Position numbers and translations under genes: made by a program
DNA from: Octopus sinensis
Lineage: Eukaryota
Length of the DNA: 64,000 bases
Reading direction: 5' to 3'
Assembly (NCBI RefSeq): GCF_006345805.1
Contig: NC_043006.1
Location: forward strand, 25,234,001 to 25,298,000
Part shown: positions 1 to 12,700 of the stretch, in pieces
Numbering within the stretch: position 1 is the first letter of the stretch
Layout: each line of letters begins with the position of its first letter
Notes under the pieces: model-generated
Database searches by the model: none
Seen by the model: only the letters and a program-made list of their open reading frames with translations
Told to the model about the DNA's origin: nothing

Positions 1-436
1 ATGTGATCATTTTTCTTTTCCTTCAGTCTGTCGTACAGACCAGGTGTGTTCTTACCTGTCTCCTCTTCTATCTTTTCTCTTGTCAAAGACAATATTCCCC
101 CCAGCATTCACTACCTTACCTCGTCTGGCCTAATGGCCCACCATGTTTGTTTTTGTTTGGTTTGTTGTATGTCATATATGTTTGTATGTGCATGTGAGTA
201 TGTGTGTGTGTATGTCTGGGTCTATATTCATTTTCAAATTAATTGACTCAGCAGAATATATACTGGATAGAATTTGAGCAGTATACATTAACAGCTTTCT
301 AACCTTTAACATACAAAGCAAATACAAATTATTTTGTGCTGGTGACGTGTATAAATTAAAAAATCATCTAATTTGGTTTACTATGTCACATCACAGGAAA
401 TGCAACTGAAAATTTGGTAAGAATCAATTTATATAC

Positions 437-540
437 CGTATTTTTTGGTAGAGCTGCAAGAATGTTCACCAAAGCATCATACATTTGATTTGCTGTTCCT
501 TCAAAAAATCTGCCACAACCTCCAATAAACAAAGTATCCC
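437..540 (-). CDS. HAGH: HAGH coding exon 6
   Basis: [35 protein letters not shown]; ttttcag acceptor, GTATAT donor. Confidence 0.93.
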
Positions 541-3500
541 CTGAAAATAAAAATGTTTAGCTCTAAAAAGTGTCCCTTAAAGACTTTTTGAGTATTTTTT
601 TAAAGCTCAAATAAGGGTAAATTAAGAAATGCCAACAATAAAATAGAACTTACAATTTTCTATAGAATCAAGTAACAAACTAAGTCTTTAATGAGAAGAA
701 TTCATTGTATTGTAGAAGTTGCTAAATTACCACAGGACCCAGTCTATTAAGCTGTAAGCAGCAGTAATACTGAATAACTGATGTTTCATTAATTTACAGT
801 ACTGGATTCAAACCTCTTACAGGCAAAGAAAAAAGACAAAAGAAAGCCTAACCTTCAGTGCTACCCCAATGACCTAAGTTATAGGACATTACTTGCTTTA
901 TTTCTACTACTGTTTATTTTTTCTTCATAGGAGTTGAACAGTAGTATGTTTGACACCAAAAAGTAATCCTTTTCAAATCACAAGAAACTATAATGTTAGA
1001 GTTCAACTTTAGTTGTCTAGAATGCAATGGAAATGCAAGCAAGGGAAATTAAACACACTATTAAATTCTTTCCACAGAAAAAAAAATTAAGACACAAACT
1101 CCTTTCCAATTCTACAGTGTGAACACTGTTTACAGTAGTAAATTATATTATTTATGGAAAGTACTCAGAGATAGATGGACTCAATCTAAGCACCTTGACA
1201 CCAAAAGTACCAAGGCTAAAGACACAGAGTAGTGTCAGGGTATAACCTGCTGCCATACAACACCAATCCAAGGATATAATTTTCTGAAGTAAACTGAACT
1301 GTGTAGAGTTAAGCTCTGTTTTGCAACATTTTCTATGCTCTATACCTAAAATCTAATATCAATAATGTAAAATCCCCACACATCCATCAATAAAAGAGAA
1401 GCATGGTTATGGGATTGGGTCTCTTAGTTCACATTTGTTCTAAACAGAAGATAACATTCATGCTCCCTCTCTCTCTCTCGCACACACACACACACACAAA
1501 ATCTACAAATAGTGCAATGTAAAGTTAGAATCTTACTAACCAGTAAACACAGCAGGTTGGTGTTCATCATTGCTAGTTACAAAATAACAGATATGGCCAG
1601 TGGTATGACAAGGCGTGTGAAGACATTTAATATTTAAACTTCCAAGCTGAAAGACAATCATTATAAACATGATGGTATGAATAAACATTTTTTTGTATGT
1701 AATTTGGGATCTTTTCGGTTTGAACGGCAGTTTTTTCTAGCGGTCATATGAAATTGTCACCCATAATTATGACCCTAGTATCGATCTATTGCATTTCAAT
1801 CTGTTTTAGGGTTAGGGTTAGTTAGGGTTAGAGCTAGGGGTGGGGAGAAGGGTATTTTTTTTCTTCACAAATGTAAATAAACCCAATCTGTTTCTTAAAC
1901 GAGGGACATATTCATACAGCACAGAATGTTTTTTTTTTTACCTCAAAAGACATCATTGATTGGTTGAAATTGCAGAAATTGAAGAAAAAAAACAACAAAC
2001 ATCTTACAAACTATAGAATTTTCTCAATAAAGCCAAGAGAAAAAGATGTTTTATAAACACATTCTACCAGTATACGAAGTTTAAAAGTGTTTAGTTACAT
2101 GGAAATTATTTTTAAAAATCTGCCATTCAAACCAAAAAGATCTGTAATTTGTTTGAGCTATTAATTAAGGCTTGAAATATAAAAACACTTTTGATTTAAT
2201 TTGGTACAATTAGGAGTATATGAATGAATTAAAAATTGCACAAGAACATGCAAGCATAAGTAGTATTTGAAAAAGTTTGAAGAGCACAAGGAAAAGTACA
2301 CATAGACGTATAAGTAAGAGTAAAAAAAGAAGTACAAAGAACATGAATACAAAATAAGACAATCCAAAACTAATTTTCTTAATATATACATAATTTTATA
2401 CTTCATTCAAGTTCTACATTGCATTTAAGAGAACCTGAAAATTCACACACACACACACACACATCTTTTAAATATGTTTATGGGAAATGTTTTGAGTATG
2501 CAAATAAAGCTCGTTTTCCATTCTCAATCAACCTTCACACTGGTCAAAAGCGATAAGCATCTCTCTGTTAAACATCCATTAATGTTATATCACCTGAAGA
2601 AATGAATCCATGAAGATGATCAACCTAATGCCCACAGATACTACTGACTACACTATAACCATCCCAGGAATAGGGACTGTGATCATAAGAGATTTGTGAT
2701 AATGCACAAAGTGATGTATTAAATGTTTATAAATTCCATTCAAGGATTATTGCTATTATTACTATATATATATTATATATATATATATATATGGAGGCGC
2801 AATGGCCCAGTGGTTAGGGCAGTGGACTCACGGTTGTAGGATTGCAGTTTCGATTCCCAGACCGGGTGTTGTGAGTGTTTATTGAGTGAAAACACCTATT
2901 GCTCCACGAGGCTCCGGCAGGGGATGGTGGCGATCCCTGCTGTACTCTTTCGCCACAACTGTCTCTCACTCTTTCTTCTGTTGGCCTGCTCGCTTAGCCA
3001 GCAGGGTGGCGTTGTTTGAAGGCTAAAACACTGTGAAGCGCATTGTGACCAGCGATGTGTAGCAACATCTGATAGCCTGGTTGGTCACGGTGATATATAT
3101 ATATTCCCATTTACTCTCCTTTAATTGTTTCAGTCATTTGACTGCAGCCATGCTGGAGCACTGCCTTTAAGGGCGGGCAGCGTGTGGCAGGTGAATGAGT
3201 ATCATTCACCTGCCACTTTGATGTGGCAACTCACTTTACTTTTTAGTAAAATCTTGAGATTTTATAACTAGCTACTTTGCTTATAAATATATGCATATGC
3301 GTATGTGTATATATGTGGATGTATGCATGTGCATGCCTGTGTGAGTGAGCTGAGTCACTAATGGGGTGTGTTGGCAGAGATTGTGGTGGCACCATTAGTT
3401 TCTAGCAATTTACTGTACTTCATTATCTTGTCAATATGCCCTCTCTCTGCTCAACCATCCCCTCTCATAAGGTCAAATAAAAGTAACCTAAGTCCCCATG

Positions 3501-3752
3501 CCTTGCCAATTGACTAACTTTTACCCTTACAAACACCAGTCCACTCTGTGGTAATGTTTCCCACCACCCTCTTCTTGTCCATGTTGCCCATGTGTTTAAA
3601 TTTGATTGCTGCACGTTTCATACTTGTATTTCCTATAGAACTGTGTAAAATATGTTCACCCACCATGCTGGACCTACAGAGTGCATTTATAGTGTGATGT
3701 TACAGAATATTGAAACATACATAACAATTGAGATAAAGGAGTACCATGTTCC

Positions 3753-3797
<45 letters not shown>

Positions 3798-6700
3798 TTA
3801 GGGGATAAATTATTATTCCAACCTTACAAGTAAAATTCAGTATAATAATATTAGACCGAATTTCGTAATATATAATATATGCATATAACTAATTTAGAGA
3901 CGAACCACCATTCCACAACTCAGTCAATGAAGAACCCATCCAAAACCATCCTGTGAGACATATACCATACAAAATACTAATCTAAAATTTTAATAATATA
4001 GAATATTGAACATTAAGATTATTACAATCATATAATATATCAGAGCAAATATTTTAAAAATTACAGCGAATACCATACAAAGAAACATTCATTAAATTTC
4101 TGTTCTTAAAAAATTCATATGTTGGGCTACTCATGATTTTATTTTATTGGAAGCCGATCCTATGTAAGTAGTATTTATGCTATCATTATTACTATTATTA
4201 TTATCATTCAAAATCACTATACATTTATATACTACGTCCTCAACATTACATTTATTATTAAAATTACATTTAGTCTTATCTCTACAATTACAAACAATTG
4301 TATTCTGGTCTCCATTGGAGGTATTAATTTATTATTGTAAAACTTATTTAATTTAAATTTATTAAAGGATGAAATGATATTTATGGTAAGGTTGAGTTAT
4401 ACCTGTTATTAAGTTGAAATTTACATCTAAGTAATTAATATTGCTATTTTCATTATAAATTGTAATCCTAAGCCCATTTCTTTTTTAAAAAACTATATAT
4501 TTTCTTCTTATATATTTCCAATGTTCTATTCATGCAATTTTTCGTTGTTAGCAGGAGGTCATCTCTATATAATCCACCCTCCAATTTCAGATTTTCTAAT
4601 TGGAGTTCTGCTAATAAGTAAATCCCTACTAAGTCTGTAACCTGAGCGGAATCTGGTGCTCCCATAGGGATATCAAAAAAAATCCTTGGTGTCTTTTCTA
4701 GCCCACAATTTATTATTATACCTGATAAATGATTTTCTGGCCATTTTTACTACTTTAACTTCATCCTTGGTCATTCCCACCTTATTCATTGCATACATTA
4801 GGGCCTTATAAGTACAATTTCATTAATAGATAATAATCATCTATGTCTATTTGAATGAATTTGTAACTATTACTGTCTTTAAAAATTTTAAACCATTTTA
4901 AAGTATTATTAGTTCTAGTTCAGAGTTTAAGGTAATTCAGATTATTTAGTTTATTAATGTATTTATCTAAAATTAATTTACTTAATTTCCCTAAATCTGA
5001 TTTTAGATTAATATTTTTATGATGAATGTTTCTTTGTATGGTATTCGCTGTGATTTTTAAAATATTTGCTCTTATATATTATATGATTGTAATAATCTTA
5101 CTGTTCAATATTATATATTATTAAAATTTTAGATTAGTATTTTGTATGGTATATGTCTCACAGGATGGCTTTGGATGGGTTCTTCATTGACTGAGTTGTG
5201 GAATGGTGGTTCGTCTCTTAATTAGTTATATACATGATAATATACATATATATATGATAATGGTATGTGAACTGTGAATACTTAAGTCTAATTACTATGC
5301 CCACTTATATACCAAGAGAAATTTAGATTTAATTAGGCAAGCTTGATTAAAATTTAACTCACCTTTAATTCATCACCATGGGAAACATGATTTGTCAATG
5401 CAGGAATTCGATCATCACCACCAAAAACATCAATGCCAGGAGCTAATTTTACAAGCCCCTCATTACCACCAGCATGGTCCCTAAAGATAGTAAAAGAATA
5501 ACTGATATTCTGTTTGTACTATTGATAAAAAAAAACAAACAAAAAGAAGTAGAAGTGTTGTTGTGTAGCTCAGAATAGTCTTGAATCCTGATTGACCAAA
5601 CCTATGGTATGTAGATAATTGGTCAAATAACTTCAATCCACACTGATAACTCCAGATATGTTGTATTTTGTCAAACTGGGGATATTCTAATATGCAAAAG
5701 TAACATGAGGTACAGTGTCTATGTGGTGGTGATAGTAGTGATGAGTCTGCACTTGTGCTCTCTCAACTACCCAGCCTATTTCTTCATGCCTGTAGGTTCT
5801 GGTGGTTGTTACAGTGAAGCCTCGGTGAGGTCACTCGGAACACGACAGCTGCTGTTCTTCTGCACCTGCTTATTGGTGGTAAAAATCCCAGCACAGTGTC
5901 TGTGGCTACTGACACTTGATTGTGCTGCTATTCATTTGTATGTATGAATATATTTTTGTCTTTTCCATGTTTATTTGAATTGAGTGGGCAAGAAAGGGTT
6001 CTTAGGATACTGTTGTAGCTGAGTGCTTGAGTGTTGTAAATCATCATCATCATCATCATTTAACATCTGTTTTCCATGCTAGCATGGGTTGGACGGTTCG
6101 ACCGGGGTCTGGTAAGCCATGGAGGCTGCACCAGCCTCCAGTCTGATTTGGCAGTGTTTCTACAGCTGGATGCCCTTCCTAACGCCAACCACTCCATGAG
6201 TGTAGTGGGTGTTTTTTACGTGCCACCAGCACAGGAGCCAGTGCAGGCTGGCAAACGGCCATGATCAGTTGGTGCTTTTACGTGTCACCGACACGGACGC
6301 CAGTCAGGCAACGCCAGTAACTGCTAGGCATGGACTGCGAAGGCTGAAGTTTGCTGCAATAATATTTGCTTCAAGAATTATCAGAGAACATCAATTACAA
6401 CTAACACACAAAATATAAAAATACTAGGAGTTACAGACATAGTACACCTAGAAAACAGCAAGGAAAGCAAAACAGGGTATAAACATACTTAAAACACTTC
6501 TAAGTACTGCTTTTGATCAACTGAACAAAACAACAATAGGATGCAAATAATATATTAGATCTGTCCAGCCCTGTCCAAGACTCCAATCAATCAATCTCTC
6601 TCTCTCTCTCTCTCTCTGCAACGAATACACTACAAAATACACAAAACAATACATTTTGCATCTCCCAGGATATGCATTTGTTGAGTGTTTGGTTAAATTG

Positions 6701-9700
6701 GTGAGTAGAACATAAATCCTCTTTTGTAAACATTGACTAGATACAGGAAAATAAAATGTTTGGAGGTTCCTTACTAAAACAATAATATCAACAGTATCAC
6801 TTTTAAATGTTAATTCTTCACTAAAAAATAAGTTCTATTCAAATTTTTGAAGATTTAAGATATAATATGTAGCATGTGAAGTTTAAATATGGCTTGCTTG
6901 TTCACATATTAATCTCAAGAATTTATAGTGAAAAATAAAATATGGTACTTACCAATGATGATGTGTGGTTAATACAGTGGTAAGTGACACTCCTTCATCT
7001 TGCACAGCAGACATAATCTGAAAATATTTGTAACTGAATGAAAACAGTGAACTCATTATTATTGTTATTATTAAAGTTGCCATACTATCAAGTCACAGAA
7101 ACTTGGACCTCTGCAAGCCATAAGAGAACTTCCAGACTTTTCAGCCTATTAAGGCCCAGTTCATTCAGGTGGATAAGAACTGGGATCAGGTGATGAACAA
7201 GGTGGCCAGTCTTACCCAGAAATCGCCAGAGAGAAAACTGCCCATGAAAGGTCGGGCAGAAGTGACAAATAGTTACATTGCCTCCATTATTATTTACTGC
7301 CTAACTGTTGTGCCTCGCACCTGGACACCACTTGACCAGTTGGAATGTCTGTTATTTATTTTCTTGTGGAAAGGACACGTTTCAATGGTCAGGCAGTCAG
7401 TCTGCTACCAGCACCCTCTACAAGGTAGCTTAGGCATACCATGGCTGCTGATGTGCAGACATGTGCTGAGGTTATGCCAACTGCAATAATTCCATGATAA
7501 TGAATGTGTGTGGACTCCATTCATGAGACAAGTCTTTTTGAAACTCATCTCCTTGATGAGCTGCAAACCTGGGTAAAGGAAAAACCAAGACTGGGCACTG
7601 GTACTTAGAATGTCATCAGGTCTTCACAGCCCTCTATGAGTAGGGCAATGCAATTGGTGGACGTTCTGCTCTAGCAATATATACAGGATTAGTGGTGGAG
7701 AAGTGTGATGACATCTTCAGAGAAACTCTGGACATTGATGAAAACAAACTGGCTAGTCTGTTCTGGAAGACTTCCTGCTTGGGGACTACCATGGATAATT
7801 TCTAGATGTCCTTGACCTGGCAGTGCTACCAAGGGACACTTCTGGTTCAAAATTAACTCTACAGATACAGATGTGCCGTCAGACAGACTTGTCCAAGATG
7901 CGTGCAGAGTGACAAAACCATTCTGCATGTACTTGTTCAATGTCCAAGAATTGCTAACTTATGTAGTTATATTGAACAGCTGGTGTCACGTGTGGTACAG
8001 CTTCATCTATCAGCTGAGTCCTTAGTAATGATTTTCCCACAGGCCTCCTCTAATTGGGAAATGTAAGGCAGTTTTTCTTTGCCTGGTGGGCAAGACCAAA
8101 AGACTTGAGAAGAGATACTTTCCTCTTTAGTAGATCTCACATCAACATTTTCAAGTTTCACTTGTAAGGAAAGTGAATGTAAAGAGAGAGATGTTATCCT
8201 CAAGTGAATTTGTTGATGGGTAGGTGAAGGCTGCAAAATGGCAAGTGGATGGCACCACTTGAAGTTTAGACCTGTGAGTCATAGAAATGGAACTTGAGAG
8301 CTGAAACTAGATAAAATAAAATAAAAAAATACCAAACACCTGAAGTAAAAGGATTAAACACTAACCAGTTTGGGATCAACAGGATCAACTGCAGCACAAA
8401 GTTTGGTAGCCTCATCAATAAGTAGGTACATATAATTATCCTGGAGTGCAGGTAGTAGCTTAATCTTCATGTTGGGTCGACTAACTGTAAGCGGGTGACT
8501 GTGAAACTTTGCTCTTTGTCCTTGTAATGTTCCCGATAGCTTCTGGGGAAGAGTAGCTGTAAAATTCAGACATTTAAGGTTTTAAGCCATTAATGCATAA
8601 ACAATAATTTTCATCCGACAGTTAATTACAATTATATAACAAATAAATAAATAAGTAAATAGTATAGATGGAAAATGTCATAAAAAAGATGATCACACAA
8701 AAGTTTGAATTCATAGTAAGTTAATAAGTGAACAGTATTCACAATTGAAATACTTCATGTATAATTTTTGAATCTCCTATTTTGGGAGATACTATGGATT
8801 ATTAGATTAATAACAAAATTGGATATCATAAAGAGAGGAAATATATTTATAGTACAAATAACAAAGAGGAGGTGGAATAAGAACAAATTTACACATTCTT
8901 TAATGCAGACATGTACAAGGTGGTATCAAAAAATTCCCAGTTTAGTAATGTTTAACAAAAAGTAACTTATTTACTTAACTTATTTACTTAATTCTGTTGT
9001 GTCTGGGGAGAGTCATTCTCTTTTAGTGCCTTATTATTTAACACACTCACCTGTAAAATTTCCACTTACTTCTTATTTTTATTTTCTAAAATTTTCGTTG
9101 CATCTTGCAACCTTTTCAATAGTCTTGACTCTCAACAGAATATGCTTCAACACACAAACTCATATAAAGAATCTTGCAAACCTAATCCAAAAACGAAATT
9201 ATTTACTTAAGTTTACTATCTCCTTCAAAATAGTCGCCTTATGCAGCAATACACTGGTCCTGGCATTGGAATCCAGCCTGGAAGTCGTTTTCTGTAAGCA
9301 AGTTGAGGAACTTCTATGATTTACTCTGGATTTCAGTAATAGTGTTAACATGGCGAACTTTGAGCTGCCTTGTCATCTTCGGGAAGAGATGGAAGTCCAC
9401 AGGTCAGAAATCTGATAAATAGGGTGGGTACAAAAGCGACAACATGTTGTTTTGGGCAAGAAACTCACGAGTGAGGAGTGCTCAGTGACAGAGTGCATTG
9501 TTATTGTAAAGAGACCAATTCTTCACACTCTGTAGATCCAGTCGCTTTCACTGAATGTCCTCCCTCAAATACTCCAAAATGTTGCAGTAGAACTCTCAAT
9601 TAATGGTCTGGCCCAGAGGATGAATTCTCAATGCACATCACTGTGGATGTCGTAAAAAAGCAATGAACATTGAAGGATCCTACCACAAGACAGATACTAC

Positions 9701-12700
9701 TAAGTGGCCATCTCTGTGCACAAAACAAGTCTGTCAAATTCCTAGTTTTCCCATTGTACCAATGCCCAGACAACACCACTGACCAAACACAAATAAATAA
9801 GGAAAATATACTTATTCAAAAATACAGACCACAACTCAACATTCTCTATCATACCCCCAGGTACAAATCCACAGCAAACACACACAAATACAATACAAAC
9901 CTCCCTCACAAACACACACACACACACACACATACGTAAACACATACATGCACACACATAAGTAAACACATACATGCACATACCTACACACTGCCCTGAC
10001 AATTATAAGATACACTCATACAAACACATCCACAGACACAGATACACACACAAACATGCAAATACAACACAACAACACCCACACACACGCATATATACAC
10101 ACACACATACAAACACAATATGCCCATTCCCCAGCAAAAAATCACACACACACACACACTCAAAGAAAAAACACACACATCGTATTCGATCAACATCAAT
10201 GGAATTTGTAGCTGTGATACCAGTGCCGGTGGCACATAAGAGAACCATCCGAACGTGGCCGTAGCCAGCACCGCCCTGACTGGCCTCCGTGCCGGTGGCA
10301 CGTAAAAAGCACCATCCGATTCGTGGCCGTTGCCAGCTTCGTCTGGTCTCCATGCTGGTGGCACGCAAAAAGCACCATCCGCTCGTGGCACATAAAAAGC
10401 ACCCACTACACTCACGGAGTGGTTGGCGTTAGGAAGGGCATCCAGCTGTAGAAACACTGCCAGATCAGACTGGGCCTGGTGCAGCCTTCTGGCTTCCCAG
10501 ACCCCAGTTGAACCGTCCAACCCATGCTAGCATGGAAAGCGGATGATGATGATGATGATGATGGTGATATATACATGCAATATAATCACAACAAACACTC
10601 ACAGACACACACAAACACACACACAAGTATGCACACATACACCATCCTGACAAATACAAGACACATAGACACACACAAACACACTCACATGTATACACAC
10701 ACCCTGTGCAAACAATACAAACAAAACACTCACAATAATACAACAAAATATATACACGCACCACACAGAAAAATAACATACACTCACACGTACACACACA
10801 CTTCGCCACAACAAATTTAGGACACACACACGTGCACACACACCCAAAAACTACATAAACCACACCCACACACACACACACAAACACATGCTCAGTACAA
10901 ACATGCACAGTACTCACATACACGCACACACATACACACCACCTGGACAAACGTAACTCACAGAACCCCTAATAAATACAACAGACAAACACATACACTC
11001 ACACACACATACATATGCACTCACACACAAACAGATGCACGCACACACACACACACCACCTGGACAATTATAACACTACAAATATACACAGACAGAGATA
11101 CACACGCATACTCACGTACATGCACATAACATCCCCATCAACACAACACACACAAACATATACATGCACACACACATACAAACAAACACATACACATGAG
11201 CACACACAGCGCCCAGACAAATATAAATCACACACAAGCGTGCACACATATACATGCACCACCCTGCTAAATATAATACACAGACCCATACACACACCAC
11301 ACTGAACTCTAAGACCAATCCAAAAATAAAACCCACACACATAGAAATGTGCACAGAGACACGCACACATTCACACCATTTTGAACTCTAAGACCAGTCC
11401 CCCAAACCACTGGACCATGAGAGACTAGACTAGCCCAGAAACAAAAAAAATCCTTTTGATTCCACAATGCTCTCACCCACCAACCAATCTCCTACACTAT
11501 TTCTAAAAATAGAAAGCATTTCTTATACACACACTACAGGAGAGGGCATGAAGGATGGAAAGGTTGTCATTCCCCTAAAATTCTGTATAATATTTAAATA
11601 TGATTCCTTCTGTATATATCTTTCTATACAACCATGATTTTTAATGAACTTACAATAATTATAAATTTATTTTACCACCTATTTTGAACACGTTCATGTA
11701 AACTGTTTAAACCAAAAACCCCTCTTAACATTTTCTTATTGTCAAAGATTCTATTTTTTTACATTTTCTTATCATTATCAAAGACTGTATAACTGAGACT
11801 CTGCAGAATGCCGATCCAACAGAGGGACCAGCTATCCAATTTGACAGTACCGTGGTAGATAAAGCAATTAAGGGTATGAAGGCAGGGAAAGCCCCCGGCC
11901 CATCAGTAATCACTGCAGAGATGCTCAAAATATCTGGCGGTGTCAGCTATAGCCTAGTCACCCATATAGTCAATCAGGTGATACATGAAGGAGTCATACC
12001 CAATGACTGATGTAGTAGCATCATAGTCAACTGCTACAAAGGTAATGGTGATGCTTTAGATACAAATAATTAGAGAGGTATCAAGTTGTTGGATCGGGTA
12101 ATGAAGGTCATGGACAGGGTTATAGCCCAAATAATTAGGGAAAGAGCCAGTCCAGATGAGATGCAGTTTGAGTTTGTGCCAGGGAAAAGCATCATTGATG
12201 TTATATTTCTGGTAAGACAGCTACAGGAGAAATACCTAGCCAAAGATAAACCTCTGTGCCTGGCTTTCGTTGACATGGAGAAAGCCTTTGCCAAAGTCCT
12301 CCAATTTCTTATCTGGTGGTCAATGAGGAAACTAGGGATAGATGAATGGTTAGTGAGAGCTGTGCGAGCCATGTACAGAGGTGCTGTCAGTAAGGTGATG
12401 GTTGGCAATGAGTACAGTGAAGAATTTCAGGTAGGAGTAGGGGTCCACCAAGGATCAGTCCTCAGCCCCCTCTTACTCATCAAAGTCCTCCAGGCAATAA
12501 CAGAGGAATTCAAGACAGGATGCCCCTAGGAGCTCCTATATGCTGATGACCTTGCTCTAATTGCTGAGTCACTACCAGAACTAGAGGAAAAGTTTTAGGT
12601 GTGGAAGCAGGGATTAGAATCAAAGAGCCTTAGAGTCAACCTAGCTAAAACCAAAGTCTTAATAAGTAGGAAGGCAGACAAACCACAAATCCCTTCAGGT

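Noticed and set aside
1806-1845. True telomere or chromosome fusion site (TTAGGG)
   Set aside because: Only a few units, always inside TIR- and TSD-bounded MITEs.
2590-2690. Possible intronic C/D-box snoRNA
   Set aside because: The box-like words are on the strand opposite the host gene and no terminal stem is evident.
9670-11370. Many long Cys/Val- or His/Thr-rich ORFs
   Set aside because: They are translations of degenerate (CA/TG)n tracts with no splice or domain support.
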